From Vulcanimicrobiota bacterium (GTDB lineage Bacteria; Vulcanimicrobiota; Xenobia; Xenobiales; JADMJV01): a stretch of 64,000 nucleotides of DNA. Under the pieces are notes generated by a model. That model ran no database searches. It saw only the letters and a list, made by a program, of their open reading frames with translations, and was not told where the DNA came from. A program made the position numbers and the translations under genes. Where the stretch lies: NCBI GenBank assembly GCA_050250895.1, contig JBFWNU010000002.1, forward strand, positions 1 through 64,000. Direction: 5' to 3'. Below, one piece after another: positions 61,532 through 64,000 of this stretch; position 1 is the stretch's first letter, and each line of letters opens with the position of its first letter.

Positions 61532-62689
61532 TTGTCTGATTCTTTTCGCTCTTTTGACCTTCTCAAGAGCAGCCTCACAGCCCTGGAACGTATGGGTATC
61601 GACACCCCCACGCCCATCCAGGCTCAGGCCCTACCCCTCTTGCTCGACGGCCACGACCTCATCGGTCAGGCCCGCACCGGTTCGGGCAAAACCCTGGCCT
61701 TCTCGCTACCCATGATGGAATATGTCGAGCCTTCCGAGAAAGAGGTCCAGGCCCTGGTGCTCACCCCCACCCGCGAGCTGGCCACTCAGATCGCCACCGT
61801 GGTTGAAGAGTTGGCCAAAGCCGACCGCCTGCGCACCCTTACTATTTTTGGTGGCCGGGCCATCGGGCCCCAAGAAAAGCGTCTGCGCGACGGCATCCAG
61901 ATCGTGGTGGGCACGCCGGGCCGCGTGCTCGACCTGATCCAGCGCGGGACCCTCAAGCTCCATCGCGTCAACTACGTGGTCATCGACGAAGCCGACGAGA
62001 TGCTCGACCAGGGCTTCGCTCCCGCGGTGGAGCGCATCCTCGGCTCGATCAAGCACGACCATCTGACCGCCCTCTTCTCGGCCACCATGCCCGACTGGGT
62101 TCATCAGGCCAGTCGCAAGTATCTGCACAAACCGCGCACCGTGGCCATCGACACGGCCCCCGAGGATGTGCCCGACATCGAGCACCTTGCCTGCGAGGTG
62201 CCCGAAGGGCTACGATTCAAAGCTTTGACCTGTCTGCTCGAAGAACGGGGCGACGGGTCGGCCATCATCTTCGGGCGCACCAAGTACGGAGTCAAAAAGC
62301 TCACTCGCATCCTCGAGCGCGAGGGCTATCCGGTGGCCGCCCTCCAGGGCAACATGAGCCAGAACGCGAGGGATCGCGTCATGCAAGCCTTCCGGGACGG
62401 CGAAGTCGGCATCCTGGTGGCCACCAACGTGGCCGCGCGTGGGCTGGATGTAGACCACGTGGAACTGGTCATCAATTACGAGTTGCCCGAGAACCACGAG
62501 CTGCTCACGCACCGGGTCGGCCGAACGGGCCGCATGGGTCGCCAGGGCAGGGCTTTCACGCTGTTGACCCCGTCGGACGCGACCAAGTGGCGCTCGATGG
62601 AGCGCGGTCTGGGCCGGTCCATCAAGAAGGTGCGCTGGCAAGACCCCGATAGCCGGCCCAGCCGCCAGTCTCGCTCGCGCCGTCGCTAG
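61532..62689 (+). CDS. DEAD-box RNA helicase
   Basis: PTPIQ, ARTGSGKT, PTRELA, DEAD, SAT, ARGLD and HRVGRTGR. TTG start assumed. Confidence 0.95.
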   Translation: MSDSFRSFDLLKSSLTALERMGIDTPTPIQAQALPLLLDGHDLIGQARTGSGKTLAFSLPMMEYVEPSEKEVQALVLTPTRELATQIATVVEELAKADRLRTLTIFGGRAIGPQEKRLRDGIQIVVGTPGRVLDLIQRGTLKLHRVNYVVIDEADEMLDQGFAPAVERILGSIKHDHLTALFSATMPDWVHQASRKYLHKPRTVAIDTAPEDVPDIEHLACEVPEGLRFKALTCLLEERGDGSAIIFGRTKYGVKKLTRILEREGYPVAALQGNMSQNARDRVMQAFRDGEVGILVATNVAARGLDVDHVELVINYELPENHELLTHRVGRTGRMGRQGRAFTLLTPSDATKWRSMERGLGRSIKKVRWQDPDSRPSRQSRSRRR

Positions 62690-63033
62690 TGGACCGGTTG
62701 GGCGGGCTTCGTTGGGGTCTCTACATCGGCGACACAGCCATTGCCCAAAGCCTCGAACGCCTGACCCTGACTCACCCCGGTCGTCGCATGGCTGAGGCCG
62801 GGCGCCTCTTCGCCGAACTGCTCTGGGAGGTCGTCCACGGGGCCGACCTCGAGCAACTCTTGCGGGACCGTCTGGCGCGCCAGGACAGCCCTTTCCTCGG
62901 CGCCCTGCTCGGAGCCAACAACGGCCCCGAGGCCTTCCCCGCGAGCTGGCGCGAAGGACTGCGACCAGCCAGACCGAGCGGGCCGCTGCCGCCGCCAGGA
63001 GCGACTCGGCTGGCCCCGAAGGCCGACCCATGA
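62689..63033 (+). pseudogene. Internally deleted ADP-ribosylglycohydrolase remnant
   Basis: N-terminal DR..G..WG..IGD, mid LTHP and C-terminal GALLGA..G..AFP..W..GL are compressed into 114 aa; the family is typically ~300 aa. Confidence 0.55.
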
Positions 63034-63602
63034 CGAATCCCAGGGTCGACGACTATCTCGGCAAACCCAGAAAGTGGCTAGAGGAGATGAGGAAGCTCCG
63101 CAGCATCCTGCTCGGCTGCGGACTGACCGAAGAGTGGAAGTGGCGCAAGCCGTGTTACACGGTGCAAGACAGCAACGTGGTCCTGATCTTGTCTTTCAAG
63201 GCCACCTGCGCCCTGCTCTTCGTGAAGGGCGCCCTGCTCGAAGACCCCCGGGACATCCTCATCCAACCCACCGAGAGCACCCAGGCGGCCCGCCAAATGC
63301 GCTTCACCGGGCTCGAGGACATCGACGAGTCGGTGGTCGCAGACTATGTCAGGCGAGCTGTCGAGGTCGAGAAGGCCGGCCTGAAGGTTGATTTTAGACC
63401 CAATCCCGAGCCCATCCCCGCCGAACTACAAACCAAACTCGACCAAATGCCTGCCCTGAAGAAAGCCTTCGAGTCCCTGACCCCCGGCCGGCAGCGCGGC
63501 TACATCCTGCACTTCTCGGGAGCCAAGAAGTCCGAAACTCGAGCCTCTCGGGTCGAAAAAAGCATCCCCCAGATCCTGGCCGGCAAAGGCCTCAACGACT
63601 AG
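63030..63602 (+). CDS. YdeI/OmpD-associated family protein
   Basis: EEWKWRKPCY, KGALLEDP, ARQMRF and AFESLTPGRQRGY. Confidence 0.9.
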   Translation: MTNPRVDDYLGKPRKWLEEMRKLRSILLGCGLTEEWKWRKPCYTVQDSNVVLILSFKATCALLFVKGALLEDPRDILIQPTESTQAARQMRFTGLEDIDESVVADYVRRAVEVEKAGLKVDFRPNPEPIPAELQTKLDQMPALKKAFESLTPGRQRGYILHFSGAKKSETRASRVEKSIPQILAGKGLND

Positions 63603-63665
63603 GCCGACCAGCACTGCCCCGGACCGGGGTCTGGCAGACTGTCACCGTGGGCATAATCGTTAGTG

Positions 63666-64000
63666 ATGACGGTTGCCCGAAAGCGAAATCGTGACCTGTT
63701 GGCCGTTCTAGCTCTGTTGATGGCCATCGCGGTATGCTTTGGCTACCACTCCACCAAGCCACCCGAGTCCGCCCAGAGGCAGAAGCCTGTGCCTCCCCCC
63801 ACTCGTCAACCAGTGCCCCCTGCGACGGAAATCCCTGCACCCGTCTATTCCATCGCCGGCATCCGTCCTGGGATGACCCTTTCCCAGGTCGAGGCGGTTC
63901 ATGGCCCATCGCGTCGGGAATACGATAACTATCGGACGGTCGGGAGCCCTCCGGTGGCCTGCCTTCTGATCGCAAGCGACGGCAGGGTCGAATGCGTGAC
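63666..64000 (+). CDS. Membrane-anchored hypothetical protein, runs off the window
   Basis: Manual translation MTVARKRNRDLLAVLALLMAIAVCFG...SIAGIRPGMTLSQVEAVHG, open to the window end. Confidence 0.55.
   Translation, partial: MTVARKRNRDLLAVLALLMAIAVCFGYHSTKPPESAQRQKPVPPPTRQPVPPATEIPAPVYSIAGIRPGMTLSQVEAVHGPSRREYDNYRTVGSPPVACLLIASDGRVECV

Overview
GC-rich bacterial chromosomal window. The gene content tentatively suggests a diderm soil lineage such as Ca. Eremiobacterota, but the sequence alone cannot prove this. 0-12.5 kb is a polymorphic-toxin locus. It has a 2200-aa Rhs/YD protein with an N-terminal signal-like segment and a His/Gly-rich linker; its C-terminal tip carries a Pol-beta-type nucleotidyltransferase motif. 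Downstream are a DUF5958-like putative immunity gene, an orphan Rhs tip with an HExxH peptidase motif plus its partner, and two 186-bp palindrome-rich direct repeats. These are interleaved with decayed tyrosine recombinase, XRE, primase and toxin-antitoxin remnants. 12.5-22.5 kb holds a hybrid kinase with an ETR1-like ethylene-binding domain, a repeat protein of unknown function, three minor-pilin-like genes and vapBC. 22.5-31.5 kb is a kdp locus with divergent kdpED and kdpF-orf-A-C-B. 31.6-39.7 kb holds a Ser/Thr kinase-AAA-GAF-GGDEF protein and glgA. 39.9-61.4 kb looks like a general-stress cluster (NarL-type two-component system, lone groEL, DUF389, baeRF, two GlsB/YeaQ genes, CsbD, CheBR, antiporter, GT4) with recurring TACCYT-N4-AGGGTA palindromes. 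The window ends with a DEAD-box helicase, an ADP-ribosylglycohydrolase remnant and a YdeI-family gene. No rRNA, tRNA or CRISPR array was seen. Family names come from recalled motifs; no searches were run.
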